Positions 37,180-49,874 of a DNA stretch of 62,437 bases are shown piece after piece. The DNA lies in assembly GCF_001194135.2 (NCBI RefSeq), contig NC_068985.1, positions 168,095 to 230,531 of the forward strand, written 5' to 3'. Position numbers and translations under genes: made by a program. The notes under the pieces are model-generated. The model ran no database searches. It was not told the origin of the DNA and was given only the letters and a program-made list of their open reading frames with translations. Position 1 is the first letter of the stretch, and every line of letters begins with the position of its first letter. The stretch is from Octopus bimaculoides. Its lineage: Eukaryota.

Positions 37180-37670
37180 AATTATATCTATAAAACTTAC
37201 TGGAAACTACAGACCAAATCTGTCACTGGTGTAAAGTTCCAACCTGACCTAGGGTGACATGATGGTGGAACAACGCAGTTGACAGGGCCACTAAAGCAAA
37301 GAAACAAGCCTAGAAGAACTGGAAGGGTGACATTAGCAAAAAACTACATTAGATAGCTAGAAGGGAAGCTAGTAGGTAGGCATACTTAGGTAGGAGAGAA
37401 GCAGAAAGGTAGAAGTTTGCCAATGTTCTGTGGCATGAGGACTGGTGGGTTGAGGTGTTTTGGTTTTCAAGACAGTCATCATCATCATCATCATCATCAT
37501 CGTCATTTAACGTCTGCTTTCCATGCTGGCATGGGTTGGACGGTTTGACTGAAGACTGGTGAGCCAGAAAGCTGCACCAGGCTGCAATCTGATCTGGCAA
37601 AGTTTCTACAGCTGGATGCCCTTCCTAACACAAACCACTCCGAGGGTGTAGTGGGTGCTTTTACGTGCAC
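37180..37670. mobile_element. Plus-strand RTE linker fragment (37180-37470) abutting a minus-strand RTE tail (37475-37670)
   Basis: WWNNAVDRATKAKKQA, KFANVL; then (ATC)n tttaacgtctgctttccatgc. Confidence 0.8.
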
Positions 37671-37689
37671 AATCTGCTTCCCACACCCC

Positions 37690-38000
37690 TAAAAATGCCT
37701 AAAATATCATCTAGAAAACCAAAGATCATGATTGGAAATTTCAATAGCCACAACATGTAGTAGAGACACAAAGACAGCAACCAGCAGAGAGGGAAATGCA
37801 GTTGAAGTAGGGGCTGAAAATAACAAGATTAATTTGGTCCACATTACTGAGGGGCTGAAAATAACAAGATTAATTTGGTCCACATTACTGAACAACCAAA
37901 GTCCTTCTACAGTAGTTAATTACAGTCAAAGTACATGGCTTGATTAATTCTCACTAGCTGTTCATTTATTCCTAGCTTCTGATCAAGGACTGAAAGTGCC
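37690..38000 (+). mobile_element. APE endonuclease fragment of a non-RTE LINE with a 41-bp tandem duplication
   Basis: IMIGNFNSHN...GNAVEVGAENNKINLVH resembles IIxGDFNSH...W; 37810-37850 is identical to 37851-37891. Confidence 0.6.
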
Positions 38001-38711
38001 TGTCAAAGGCTTTCTCCTGGTCACCAAATGCCTAACAGAGCAATTTAGATTTAGAGAGATATTGTGATGCTTGCAAATGTTGTAGGGGCTTGAAGTTATA
38101 GAGGCTGATATGGCTGAGCTGCTTGTGCCTCATTGAGATAGATTATTTAATGAGGAGCTGATGCTGTTTAAAGAAGAAGATGAGAATACAGAAATTCCAT
38201 CAACTGAGTTCATACATTGAGTTGTACAAAGAGATGATGCACCATAAGCATCACACAAGTCTGGATAAGTTCTTTGTTCCCTCTTTGTGGATATTGATAA
38301 CAATGAACTATAAGACAAAAGACAGTGTTCCTCATCCTCTGAGTAACTTGCATTTCACCTCAACCACTTTCTCTGAAACACTAATCAACATCTTCTGTGG
38401 TAAGAACATACCCTATCATACTATGATTCTTATTGACTCCCTAACATATTTCTCTTCTGATGTTTTCATGTATGGATATTGTATTGTGTATGTTTATTTA
38501 GAAATTATTTCTATGCATAAAAATGGCTGTGTTGCTGGTTTGTTTTCCTTCTTTCTGTTGAAAAATCTGTTATAACAAAATGATTTTCCTATTTCAGGAT
38601 TCCTGAGTTATGACAAATCTTTCTTCCATGACATGATGGATTCTTGTATTCTATTCTTCGTATGCAACTTGATCATGTAACAGGAACACCATAAGAAGGA
38701 AACACAAACAT

Positions 38712-39125
38712 AGGCACAGGAGTGGCTGTGTGGTAAGTAGCTTGCTTACCAACCACATGGTTCCAGGTTCATCCCCACTGCATGGCACCTTGGGCAAGTG
38801 TTTTCTACTATAGTCTTGAGCCGACCAAAGCCTTGTGGGTGGATTTGGTAGACAGAAACTGAAAGAAGCCCGTCGTATATATGTATATATATGTATATGT
38901 ATGTGTGTGTATGCATTTGTGCGTCTGTGTTTGTCCCCTCAACATCGTTTGACAACCGATGGTGGTGTGTTTACATCCCCATAACTTAGCGGTTCAGCAA
39001 AAGAGACCGATAGAATAAATACTAGGCTTCCAAAGAATAAGTCCTGGGGTTGATTTGCTTGACTGAAGGCGGTGCTCTAGCATGGCTGCAGTCAAATGAC
39101 TGAAACAAGTAAAAAAGTAAAAGAG
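38712..39125 (+). mobile_element. Full-length tRNA-headed SINE with central (TA/TG)n
   Basis: ggcacaggagtggctgtgtggtaag (A box) ... ggttcatccc (B-box-like) ... caccttgggcaagtg ... gactgaaacaagtaaaaaagtaaaaga. Confidence 0.9.
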
Positions 39126-39768
39126 CTGCAAGCATTTCACCATCTTTTCTTAGTAAAGGTAATTTGTTTAAATGTTTTCTTCATATATGAGTGGGACATA
39201 TTATAAGAGACCAATATTATCTCTTTCCTTCTTTCACCCCTCTATTTCATTTTTTTCCCAACCCCCACTCATCTATTCTCCTTCATTTTCTTTTCTCCAG
39301 GTTTTGCCTTAAGAAGTAGAGCTTTTTGATCTTTTGTCCTTGACCATTTGGAAATGAAAAATTCTGTATCTTCAGCTTAAAATATGATATCGAATAAGTA
39401 GAAATATATTAGTTTCATACGGGAGAGATTTTATTATGGATGTTAGTTACACATGTGGGATTAATATTTAAAATATAACAATCTGATGGAGAATTTTTTA
39501 AAAATGTGGTTAGAGTTGTGTACTAAAATTCCGATGGTCACATTAAAGCATTTACACAGAGAATAAACCCATAATACTGCATCTTGTGTTTGTTTAAAGA
39601 ACGGAAACAAGTTTGAAATGTTTAAGTACAGAAGTTTGGGTTATACATAAACTGAGAGAGCAGGAGAAGTAAGTGAAAATAATGGGATTCAAACCAAGAG
39701 CAGCCAAATAGGAGGAGACCTTATATGAGTATCTGAAAACAAACGATTGAAACAAGAAACAGACTTAC

Positions 39769-39855
39769 TTCGACATACACTATTTTTTCTTTGATAATGA
39801 TTTCTTTCTGCTTCTTGTACTGTGCGTGGTGGTGTGTACCATTTTCCATATCTCA
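39769..39855 (-). CDS. Internal exon A (phase 1 to 1)
   Basis: aattttctttcag|TG AGA TAT ... TGT CGA A|gtaagt; encodes (V)RYGKWYTPPRTVQEAERNHYQRKNSVCR. Confidence 0.87.
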
Positions 39856-40419
39856 CTGAAAGAAAATTTGGAAGATATAAACAGTATGGATTATTTCTGT
39901 ATTTGACTCAAATTAATTGAAAAAGGTAAATATTATAAGTTTTAAAGGTTAGAACAAGTTAGAAATACTTTTAAGCTTCAGTGATTAAAAAATAAAGCAT
40001 TTTAATGCAGAATAGATTTTTAAAAAATGGTGGTGCTCCAGTGTGGCCAAAACTCACTGATTGAAATGAGTAAAGGAATAAAGAAGAAAAACCCCTTACA
40101 ACAAAGGTTTAATAGACTTTATAAGCTTAAAATGGATTTTAGCTAGACACTAATCTAATATCAATTCTATACTTAAACTTTACAAATATAATTTTAGTTA
40201 GAATAACTGCATTATGTAATATTTACACCAGCAGTTTACATTCCATGGAAATAAAATCAAATTTGTCATGCTTCCCCAAAAGATTTTGATGCAATTTCTA
40301 GATGTAGATTCACATAATTTCTTGGGTTCTAATGCTGCAATATGTAATGGCCACTTCATTTTTCTTTTTAACATTTTTTTTGGAGTTTTTATGTCTTTGT
40401 AAATTTTAAAGTCAATTGA

Positions 40420-41510
40420 AATCATCATCATTGTTTAATGTCCGCTTTCCATGCTGGCATGGGTTGGACGATTTGACATGGAGCTGGCCAGCTGAGAGCT
40501 TCTTGGACTCCAATTGTCTGTTGTGGCATGGTTTCTACAGTTGGATGCCCTTCCTAGTGCCAGCCACTTAACAGAGTGTGCCGGGTGCTTTTTACATACC
40601 ACTAACATCATCATCATCATCGTCGTTTAACGTCCGCTTTCCATGCTAGCATGGGTTGGACGATNNNNNNNNNNCCGGGTGCTTTTTACATACCACTAAC
40701 ATCATCATCATCATCGTCGTTTAACGTCCACTTTCCATGCTAGCATGGGTTGGACGATTTGACTGAGGACTGGTGAAACCAGATGGCTACACCAGGCTCC
40801 AATCTGATTTGGCAGAGTTTCTACAGCGGGATGCTCTTCCCAATGCCAACCACTCAGAGAGTGTAGTGGGTGCTTTTACGTGCCACTGGCACGAAGGCCA
40901 GTCAGGTGGTACTGGCAACGGCCGCGCTCAAAATGGTGTATTTAATGTGCCACCCGCACAAGAGCCAGTCCAGGGGCACTGGCAACGATCTCGCTCGAAA
41001 GTCCTTACACATGCCGCGGGCACAAGTGCCAGAAAGGCGACGCTGGGCACAGGTGCCATCATAATTTCGCTTGCCCCAATAAGTCTTCACAAGCTGAGTT
41101 TCATGTCCAATGAAGGAGTACGCAGCACCGGCACCTAACGAGAGGGGTCTGTATGTGTGGAAGACAGCAATTTTACTTAGCTTGACATGTCTTATCAAGT
41201 ACAGCAAATCGCCACATCTCCCTATCCCTTGTCATTTTCTCAGTGAGGCCCAGTGTCTGAAGATCCTTTCCCACCACTTCATCCCATGTCTTCCTGGGTG
41301 TACCCCTTCTACAAGTACCCTTCACAATAAGAGTTCAGCACTTTTTCATGCAGCTGTCATCAGCCATATGCATCACATGACCAAACCAACTTAGTCTTCT
41401 CTCTTGCACACAACATCTGATGCCTGTTATACCCAGTCTTTTCTCTTAATTCATTTACACTCTGTCATGCATGCACACTGACGTTACCCATCCAACAGAG
41501 CACCCTAGCT
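40420..41510 (-). mobile_element. Young RTE 3' copy (about 40605-41510) nested in or abutting an older tail copy (40420-40600)
   Basis: Near-consensus tail tttaacgtcc(g/a)ctttccatgctagcatggg; hairpin units; RT C-terminus at 41270-41510. Confidence 0.85.
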
Positions 41511-42199
41511 TGAAATGTAAGTCCTAATTTGAAGAGTTGTCTATAGAAGTCTTTTGTTGAAAGAAATGTTTCTTATTTAGACTACAAACCAAGTAATACA
41601 TCAATAACATTATAATCATTATTACAAACAATGCTTTATTATTAACCAAAATATATTACAATATTGAATATACAGTCTGACATACATTTCTTCCGTTATT
41701 GTTTATAATGCTGGAAGTTAATATTTTAGTATTGACTTGTTTAAAAATAGATTTAATATTTCCCTTTATTGAAAGAAAAAAGAAGTTAGGAAACTAAACA
41801 CCAGTTAATATTGCAAATGGAAAAATCATAATTTAAACCAAAAGATACCTGCTGATGATATTATCAACCTATCATAGGCCCAACTTACCCAGACACATAT
41901 AAGATAAATCAGGAGTTTAAACAAAACATTTGTCTGCCATTTTACAGTTTATCTTCTTTTTACTTTTTATCTCTACAAAGTATTTTCCAGAGAAAAAGAA
42001 AAGAAACATTGCACTATTTGTTACGCTAATGACTAAAGTTTGTTATATAAAAAAGCAAAGTTGGTGACATAAATCGGTTAACTGCCACGAGAACGTAGTA
42101 CAATTGATTATATATACACACCATTGACAGTATATAGTTTACTATATTGTTTTTCAAGCAGACCAGTTCATATGTCATTACCACCATCAGTATAGTATA

Positions 42200-42660
42200 A
42201 AAACCATTTTACATTAGGGTTGGAAGGTTTGACAGGAACTGATGAGCCATAGGACTGTGCTGCACTCTACTATCTGCTTTGGTATGGTTTGTAACACCAA
42301 GGGTTATACAGAGTGTTCTGGGTGCCTTTTTCATGGTACTGCCATTTGTGAGGTCAGCAAGTAACCCACAAGACAAGACCTCTCGACTGAGCAGGGTTGT
42401 AGTATTGAGGGATGTGCTAAGAAGTATTGCAGAAGGACAGGAAAAGATGTCTTGCCGTAGAGGAAACACATGGCTTCCGAAGTTGGAAAGAAAGAAAAGA
42501 GATGGTGAGGGTTTACCCTCAAGCTACAAGGGGTGAATATATGAAAGAATAGAGATGGAGAACTGGAAAGGGTGGGTGGATAGGTAAGTTCCCAAAAGTG
42601 GGAAAGGAAAGTAATGGATGGTTAAAGCTGTGAGTACAAATAACTCAAGAAAATTACTGA
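42200..42660 (-). mobile_element. Degenerate RTE-tail element of another subfamily
   Basis: gggttggaaggtttgacaggaactg...gagtgttctgggtgcctttt. Confidence 0.55.
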
Positions 42661-42829
42661 ACAGAGGTCTTGTGCGTCACGTTTTGTATTCAGCGATCAA
42701 AAAAATGAACAGTACAACCTGTACTATGAACCCTGACTAGTTGGGATTGATTGCTCATCCACACTAAAAGTTGACTGATTGATTACTGGGAGGTACCATA
42801 TCAAATGACTGGTGCTGTAGTACCATTAT

Positions 42830-43630
42830 CACCTGCTGTCACATGGTAAAGGAAATGCTCGAGGACAGAGGAATGAAGTTGTTGGAACACAATACGAAAG
42901 TAACAGAAAGTGTTATAATACAAGAGGTTAGGAAGAGAATTAGCTTAAATAAGATGTAATTCAGGTTTTAAAACACAAATTAAAAAAAAAACATTAAGGA
43001 ACAGGTTATAGCTACAAAATACTTTGTAAACAAGAGGGACAAAGAAACCACCAAAACACTATGTTGTGATAAAAAATGTTGGCTCTGCTCTACCAGTGTG
43101 GAAGATATCACCTACATCATCAGCAGCTTCCCCAAGATGTCTATGAGATACAACCTGTCCTTGAGGGATGATATGGTTGCAAAGACTATTTACAATGCTA
43201 TCTACAGGAAGGACTGCCTTGACGTATACATCAAAGCCATGTCAGAACCAGCAGATGTTTACACCTTTAAAAACAACAAACACGAGTAGAACGATCCAAT
43301 AAAAACATCAATTTTGTGCAAGCATAACAAACCTGATATTGTTCTGTAGGACAGGGAACCATGCACTGTTGTAGAGGTCAGTTGTCCAGCAGATGTGAAT
43401 GTATAATCATAAAAGACCATTTATGGAAAATTAATGTGGAACTTACAGCTCTTGTATCCTGACAATGAAATTCTTATCTATACCTTTCATCATAGGTGCA
43501 TTAGGTTATGTACCAACAAATATGCACAAAAACCTAAAAATTCTCAGTTTCATGGGGAAAGAGCAAAGGAAACTGGCGCAGATTCTCTAAATCCAATCAA
43601 TAAGTAGCACAGTAAAGATTTGCAAGACAT
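42830..43630 (+). mobile_element. Second, more decayed copy of the RLE-type LINE at 21730-23035
   Basis: EDITYIISSFPKMS..DMVAKTIYNAI; KHNKPDIVL; TVVEVSCPADVN; IIGALGYVP. Confidence 0.82.
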
Positions 43631-43964
43631 TCCAAAAATGTTTCCATGAGATTCTAATGTAAATAGATGCACACACTTGGGCATCAACAGGTCAACTAAT
43701 ACACCAACTGAGCCACATATTCACAAACACTGGGAACTCAGAAAATTTTATTACTTTAGTAGCATCTGGCTTTAGCTATACCCACTAGCTATTCTAGCTT
43801 TAATCTCCAGTCCCATCTAAAGACCAGAAACAAAGTTAGGAGTAATGGTCAGTGTTATTCCGAGTAAACTGCTTCATGATTTCTAGATCTTGATTTTGCT
43901 GTTACTTAGGAATCCACAGAGATTGGACACAGTAATGGAACAGCTTGTTAAATGGAAGAACTTT

Positions 43965-45135
43965 TATTCAATATGGAGCTGATCCACTTTTGGCATCGAC
44001 TGCAGCCTAAGTACTTTGAGGAATTGACTCATTCAGGTTCTGAATGGTTGTAAAGAGAAATTTTTTAACCCATTTTCTCTCTTTCAGTGATACAAGAAGA
44101 AAGAAGCTGCTCTTTACCTACTGCTCCAAAATGCATGTATTTTTGGTTATATTGACACCTGTTGATAGTGGAGGGCCAACCCAACTGGTTTACCATCACT
44201 TTTGTGCTCCTTGTACCAATTTTGAATAATGTTAGCCATGTGAATCACATTATCGTCTTGGAAGATCGCACTACCATTAGGAACAATGATCAACCAAAGT
44301 ACTCAGATAATCCTTAACATTAACTCTGCCATGTAGAACAACGAAAGGGCTAAGAAAATTTCCATGCTTTATATTAGGGTCCAAACAGTCAGCATTGAAT
44401 ATTTCTTTGGGATATCTCTAGACATAAACTCAACTCTTTAAAAGTTGTGAATGATGATTCAATAGGGAAGATGACATTATTCCATTGAGCCATTGACTAT
44501 ATTTGATTGTCGTCATCATCATCATTTAACGTCTGTTATCCATGCTGGCATGGGTTGGATGGCTTGACCAGGGTGGCAAGCTGGAAGGCTGCACCAGGCT
44601 CCAATATGACTTGGCAATGCTTCTACAGCTGGATGCCCTTCCTAATGCCAACCGCTCTGAGAGTGTAATGGGTGCTTTTACATGCACAGGTGCCATTTGC
44701 ATGACACCAGTATCTGCCATGAATATGATTTTACTTGGCTTCATGAGTTTTCTTCTCATGCACGGCATAATGCATAATGCTTAGACACCATTTTTTCTGT
44801 TTACCAGTCTTCCTGGAAGACAGGAGAGGTTTAGTAATTATAGTTCTTTGGTATTCCAGCTTTTAATGGAACTTATTGATGAATGGGTTTGGTTGGCTAC
44901 CATAGTTTGATGGCTTTTAGACGCAACACATTTCATTATTCTGTGGTCCCTCTCTGTGAACTTTACCTTTTATTGAGAATTATGCTTGTCAGAATAAGTT
45001 TTGCCTTGGTTTTGGAAAGTCAGCAAGATTTTAGAGACAGTTATTCTTGAAACACTAAACAATTTAGTGACTGAACTTACAGCTCGCTTCACTCAAACAA
45101 TTTGTCCTCTTTGGAAATCAGACAACTCACACATT
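43965..45135 (-). mobile_element. Decayed Tc1 (DD34E-type) transposase split by an RTE-tail insertion at about 44510-44775
   Basis: MCELSDFQRGQIV; KFTERDHRIMK; WNNVIF..ESSFT; PNGSAIFQDDN; IQNWYKEH. Confidence 0.82.
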
Positions 45136-47214
45136 TTAATGTATTCACATACACATATCAACAAACAGAGAAAAGCTGAGAGCTACACTGCGAAGTACAA
45201 GACATACAAAATGTATATGAACACACATGTACATACAACAGTCCTGAATTTGATGGCAAGAGAAATCAATTACATGTGACTGCCTGTTAAGCTGACTTCT
45301 TTCCAATAGAAGTAGTTTTCTGCTATATTCATACAAAAAAAATGATAGATGTTCTCCAAGTTCAGTTGTGTCTTTTAGAGAGGTGAATGTTGCTTGACAA
45401 GTGTTTCGCTTGATGATGAGTTGCTGATAATTTATGACAAAAAGTTCTGTATTTACCTTCATTAGTAAGTATGAATATGATTTGGCAGTGCTGGAACAAT
45501 GAAAGCCAACTGGAATACACTATGCAAATTCAAATGCAAAGTAATCAATTTGTTTTACCATAATGACTATCAGCAAATGATTGACTGCTTATAAGGTTAA
45601 GGTAGTTGTCAAACAAAGACTAAACTTTTAAGGTATTATCTAATATTTAAAAGAGGCAGCTGCTTGAGAACTTTACAAGTGACAGAAGTAGTTCACCAGA
45701 TAGCAGCTTCGGTGTTCATGTAATTGCTTTAGACATCTTCAATTTTGACAATGTATAACATAATTGCTTCATGATATGATGAGCTATGGTATATCTGGTT
45801 GAGTCTTTTCCATTATCAAATAATTTCTAACAGCAAGCAATCTGAAAGTTGCTGGTCATTCTGCTAGCATTTATTAAACCAATATAGGTATGCCTCAAGT
45901 ATCTATTCTGAGACCTACATACTTCCTGCTATCTCTACATCTCTCTATAACTTCATCTCTGCCCACAATTTCCAACTAGCTATTACATTACAAATCAAAA
46001 GTTTTGTTTATATAACCAAAATACCTGAGAAATAAAGAGAAAACAACATGAGTTGAATACTAAGTGTGAAATATTTTTTTCTTATTCATCTTTCTGGATA
46101 TATTTTTCTTTTTAAATATAATTTTAATACAGAAATCTATTCTTTGAATCCTCTTGTCTTGATTACAGATCTATCTATGCTTCTAAAAGCCTAAAATGGC
46201 AATAGATTCTACTCCTCTACACAGAGATAAAATATAACAGTGTTTACAAGCTACATGCATCCTACATAATAATAATATTGTTGTTGAATTAGACAGGCAC
46301 AGCATGTAAAGTTTCTCAGTGAAACATACTTCATACTGTCAATAACATAGTTTTGAGGAAACAAGGTTCATCATAACTATGTTATAACTCATAGTATTAT
46401 CTTTATAGCACCAAGTGTCTACATATTCCACACTTAATCTAGTCATAATCTGGAAGTATGTACTAAAATTGAAGTACAATAATACTAAACAGTACTTTAT
46501 CTGCCTTACTCTACTTATTTAAACCATTGATATTTTTGTTTAGTTGAGAAGTTGGCAATAGAAAATCGTTGAGCAAAATATTTTAAAAAGCATTTACTTC
46601 TACAATCTGTATTGATATGCAAATTTTTCCCAAACATCTTGCCTCTGCAAGCTTGGCATTGTTCATATATTCATCACTCCCATTATGCACTTTCTACACC
46701 CACAGTTCATAGACATTATATACAAAATGGGAGTAGCTGAGCAGCAACTACTCAGCAGTACACATCTTCCTTCTCATTAGCGGATTTTAGCTTCAGTATA
46801 ACCACTGTATATATTCATTATATGCATGATATAAGTGTGTCTGTAAGAATTATTAACGAAAGAAAACCAAAAATCAACAAATACAAGTGATAATGAAGCA
46901 GTGAAGAGGAAACAGGGAGAGGAAACCATAAATCACAAATGACTTCTGATCCTCTTATCTGGTCTCACATTGAAAGAACAACTGAAATAATTATGGTTAA
47001 TGGAGACAAACAGCTTTTTTCTTTTGTTCCATTTTCTGTTTTTCTTTTTTGTTTTTGTGTCACTAAACTGCAGTCTGTAACTGTGTTTGCTGTTGAAACT
47101 AGCTGGCAGCCATCCATCTAATATAAAAACGCTGAGCACTGTGAGAGAAAGGGGGGAGGGAGAGAGAAAGAGGGAGAAGATGGAGTGGAAATTAAGGCTT
47201 CAAAGCAGTAGAAA

Positions 47215-47750
47215 GATGAATCATCATCATCATCATCGTTTTATGTTTAATTTCCTAGTAGCAGAGGGTGGGTGGAGCAATGTCTGCAAAACTTGTTATT
47301 GATAACCACTGCTTTCATAAATTGATACACACATGTATCATTTGACTTTGTTTCTAGGGCTGGATGCCCTTCTTGATGCCAACCATTTTACAAAATGTAT
47401 TGGGTGAATTTTTTTTGTGTCAATAACACGAGAAAAGTTAATTAGTTATCTTGCAAGACGAGAAAAGAGAGTTTATACATCTCAAAATAGATAGAAAATG
47501 AAAAAAAAAAACCCCACCAAAGCAAGATAAAACAAAAACTGAAAAATGTGTGTAACGATAATCTATTGTAATTTGATTGACATCTCGCCATCATTATCAT
47601 CATTTAATGTCTGTTTTCCATGCTGGTATGGGTTGGATGGTTTGACAGGAGCTGGCCAGGCTGGAGCTGTACCAGGCTCCATTGTCTGTTTTCGCATGGT
47701 TTCTATGGTGAGATGCCCTTCCTAATGTCAATCACTTTGCAGAGTGTACA
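47215..47750 (-). mobile_element. Two degenerate RTE-tail copies
   Basis: (ATC)n tails at about 47220 and 47590; ggatgcccttc motif in both. Confidence 0.7.
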
Positions 47751-48119
47751 ATTACCACAAGTCATCACACCAAATATCATCATCAATTTGCATTGAGCAA
47801 TTAGCAAAACAATCGAGTTAATTATGAAATAGTTAATATGCAGAACTAAATGATAAACAAATTAGAACAATTTGTTGTTGAATGTGTTGAAGAGCAGACT
47901 GAAAATCTAAAACCTGAGAAATAATAATAATAAAATGATTCAAATGAATTTTGGGAATGAACACTCATGTTTTAGAGTTTAAGAAATAAAGACACTGTTT
48001 TTCAATACAGGTATGAATTTCATTTGCATATTACTGTTGCCTCTGATAGAGAAGCCAATTCCTGTTAATATACATAAACTGGTCAAGATGCCAATAATAA
48101 TAAATAATAATAATAACAA

Positions 48120-49760
48120 TCTACTACCAGTGGAACAAAAAGGGTGTAGACATAGGAGCAGAGGAACAAAGCTGATTGCAAGAAGAGACTCAAAAATTTG
48201 GTGATGGCATGGGTGAACTACAGGAAAGCATACGAATGGTCACACACTCGTGGATTATTGAATGGCTTAAACTGCTTAAGATCTCACTCAATATCCTGAA
48301 GTTAATACAAAACTCAATGACAACGGGGTGAACTGAACTCACAACATGGGGAGATAAGCTGGGAGAGGTAAATATCAAAAGAGGAATCTTTCAAGGGGAC
48401 AGTCTGTCGCCTCTCCTATTTGTTGTCTGTATAGTGCCACTAATGAGCGTTTTAAGGAAGATGCATGTGGGGTACATGCTAAACAGGGTGAAAGTAAACA
48501 ATCTGTGGTTTATGGATGACTTAAATCTATTTGTTATGACTGAGAAAGAAATTGAGAGTTTGACAGCAAAGGGGCAGATGATTGGCAAAGATGTTGACAT
48601 GGAATTTGGGATCGAGAAATGTGGTGTAATGATTCTCAAAAGGGGGAAATCAGTAAAAGCCATGGGATCAAGCTGGAAAGTGGTGAAATTATGAAGGAAA
48701 TCGGAGAGGAAGGATATAAGTACCTGGGTATCATTGAAAGAGATAAGATGAATGAACACAAAATGAAAGAAATGCACAGGAAAGAGTATTTGAGGAGAAC
48801 TCGGCTTACACTCCAGTCGAAGCTAAATGGCTAATCTATAAAATTAGAGCAATTAACACTTGGGCTGTTGCTTTGATGAGATATAGGACAGGAATAGTAT
48901 CTTGGAAGAAGCATGAATTACAAGAGATTGACTGGAGAACACATAATGACAATGAACAAGGATTTACACCCCAAGAGTGATGTGTCAAGATTGTATGTAA
49001 AGAGGAAAGAAGGAGAACAAGGATTGGTGTATTGTGAAAGTTGTGTAAGGGAAGAGGAGACTAGCCTGGCTTGGTATGTCAAGGAGAGTAAAGAAGAAAT
49101 GACTGAAGCAGTGAAAATGCAGGGAACCTTAAAAGTGAACGAAGCTGTAGATCCAACACAATTTAAGAAAGACCAGAGAGAGTAGATGAAGAAAATTTGG
49201 CAGGACAAGAAAATGCACAGTCAGTTCTTCAAAGATAAAGATAGTTGAGATTGATTGGAATAGAACCTGGTAGAAAGGAGACTTAAAAGGGCCCACTGAG
49301 GCATTAGTGTGCAATGCTCAAGAACAAGCTCTGAGAACAAACTATTCGAAATATCACGTTGATAAAAGCACTGACTTGCCACAGTGTAGAATGTGCTCTG
49401 AGAAGGGAGAAAGTATAAGCCATATTGTTAGTGAGTGCTGTCAGCTTACACAATGGGAATACAAAAGGAAACATGACAGTGTGACCTGATATGTCCACTG
49501 GCTGCTGTGTGGTAAAGCAAACCTCAAGAGAGCTGAACAATGGTATGAACACAAGCCAGAGGGAGTAATGGAAAATGAACATTATAAAATACTCTGGGAT
49601 TTTAACATGCAGTTCAACCAAGTCATAGAGGTGAGACAACCAGATAGCGTGCTCATCCATTAAAATGAAAAAGAAGTAAAAATAATAGATGTTGCAATAC
49701 CAGGCGATTCGAGGGTGAAATGTAAGGAAACATAAAAGACTGAAAAATACCAGCGTAACT
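48120..49760 (+). mobile_element. R4/Dong-clade non-LTR retrotransposon, truncated at both ends
   Basis: EQKGCR..SRGTK; RGIFQGDSLSPLLF; LWFMDDL; GYKYLG; LHPKSDVSRLY; CRMC..ESISHIVSEC; ILWDF; QPDS..IIDVAIPGD. Confidence 0.92.
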
Positions 49761-49874
49761 CTTGTTCTTTTGCTATTCATTGATATTGCACTTTGTACTG
49801 ACCTGATGCTTTACTCTAAAGAATAAGTATACTGAGTTTTAACAAAGGATTAAGCCTCTGCCTAACTCAAATCA

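Larger units (their letters stand above)
1755..39855 (-). other. Six-exon host gene span (5' exon(s) not resolved); uncharacterised, probably secreted and GPI-anchored protein, 310 aa assembled
   Basis: Six exons of 87, 98, 127, 174, 176 and 270 nt, all with AG acceptors and, for the five non-terminal exons, GTAAGT/GTAAGA donors, splice with compatible phases and no internal stop: VRYGKWYTPPRTVQEAERNHYQRKNSVCR-TKYYHGFLWQRPDDLLSQPIYDNNGLIVGLQSA-IKGRLEGFDSNNNTIRIPSPKTMPPFMVGETIKKDVKLYTLT-AYFKHPRLICNPGAQDAKEYKGLYIQMGNDPEKEYMEIPLKLEKLSKEWKKAECVAKM-GTHYFMNLSKKLNCEELYPVFLTYTDGKLGAFGWMFQGKPPKNNKFGLDWYYLPPNLYA-FTGLQKDYLPACMLNKNFQINGIHIWLRPPSEQLC...LTLIFILIISIGLL*. Confidence 0.88.

Noticed and set aside
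40581-40758. 84-bp direct repeat around a 10-N gap
   Set aside because: The copies differ by one base and flank a gap; probably an assembly overlap of two haplotypes.
45454-45510. Possible bridging exon (phase 2 to 1, WLSLFQHCQIIFILTNE)
   Set aside because: Phase-compatible with the 55054 candidate and exon A, but the splice sites are weak and there is no family resemblance; not supportable without RNA data.
49304-49780. 158-aa hydrophobic minus-strand ORF
   Set aside because: It is the antisense of the R4/Dong endonuclease region.
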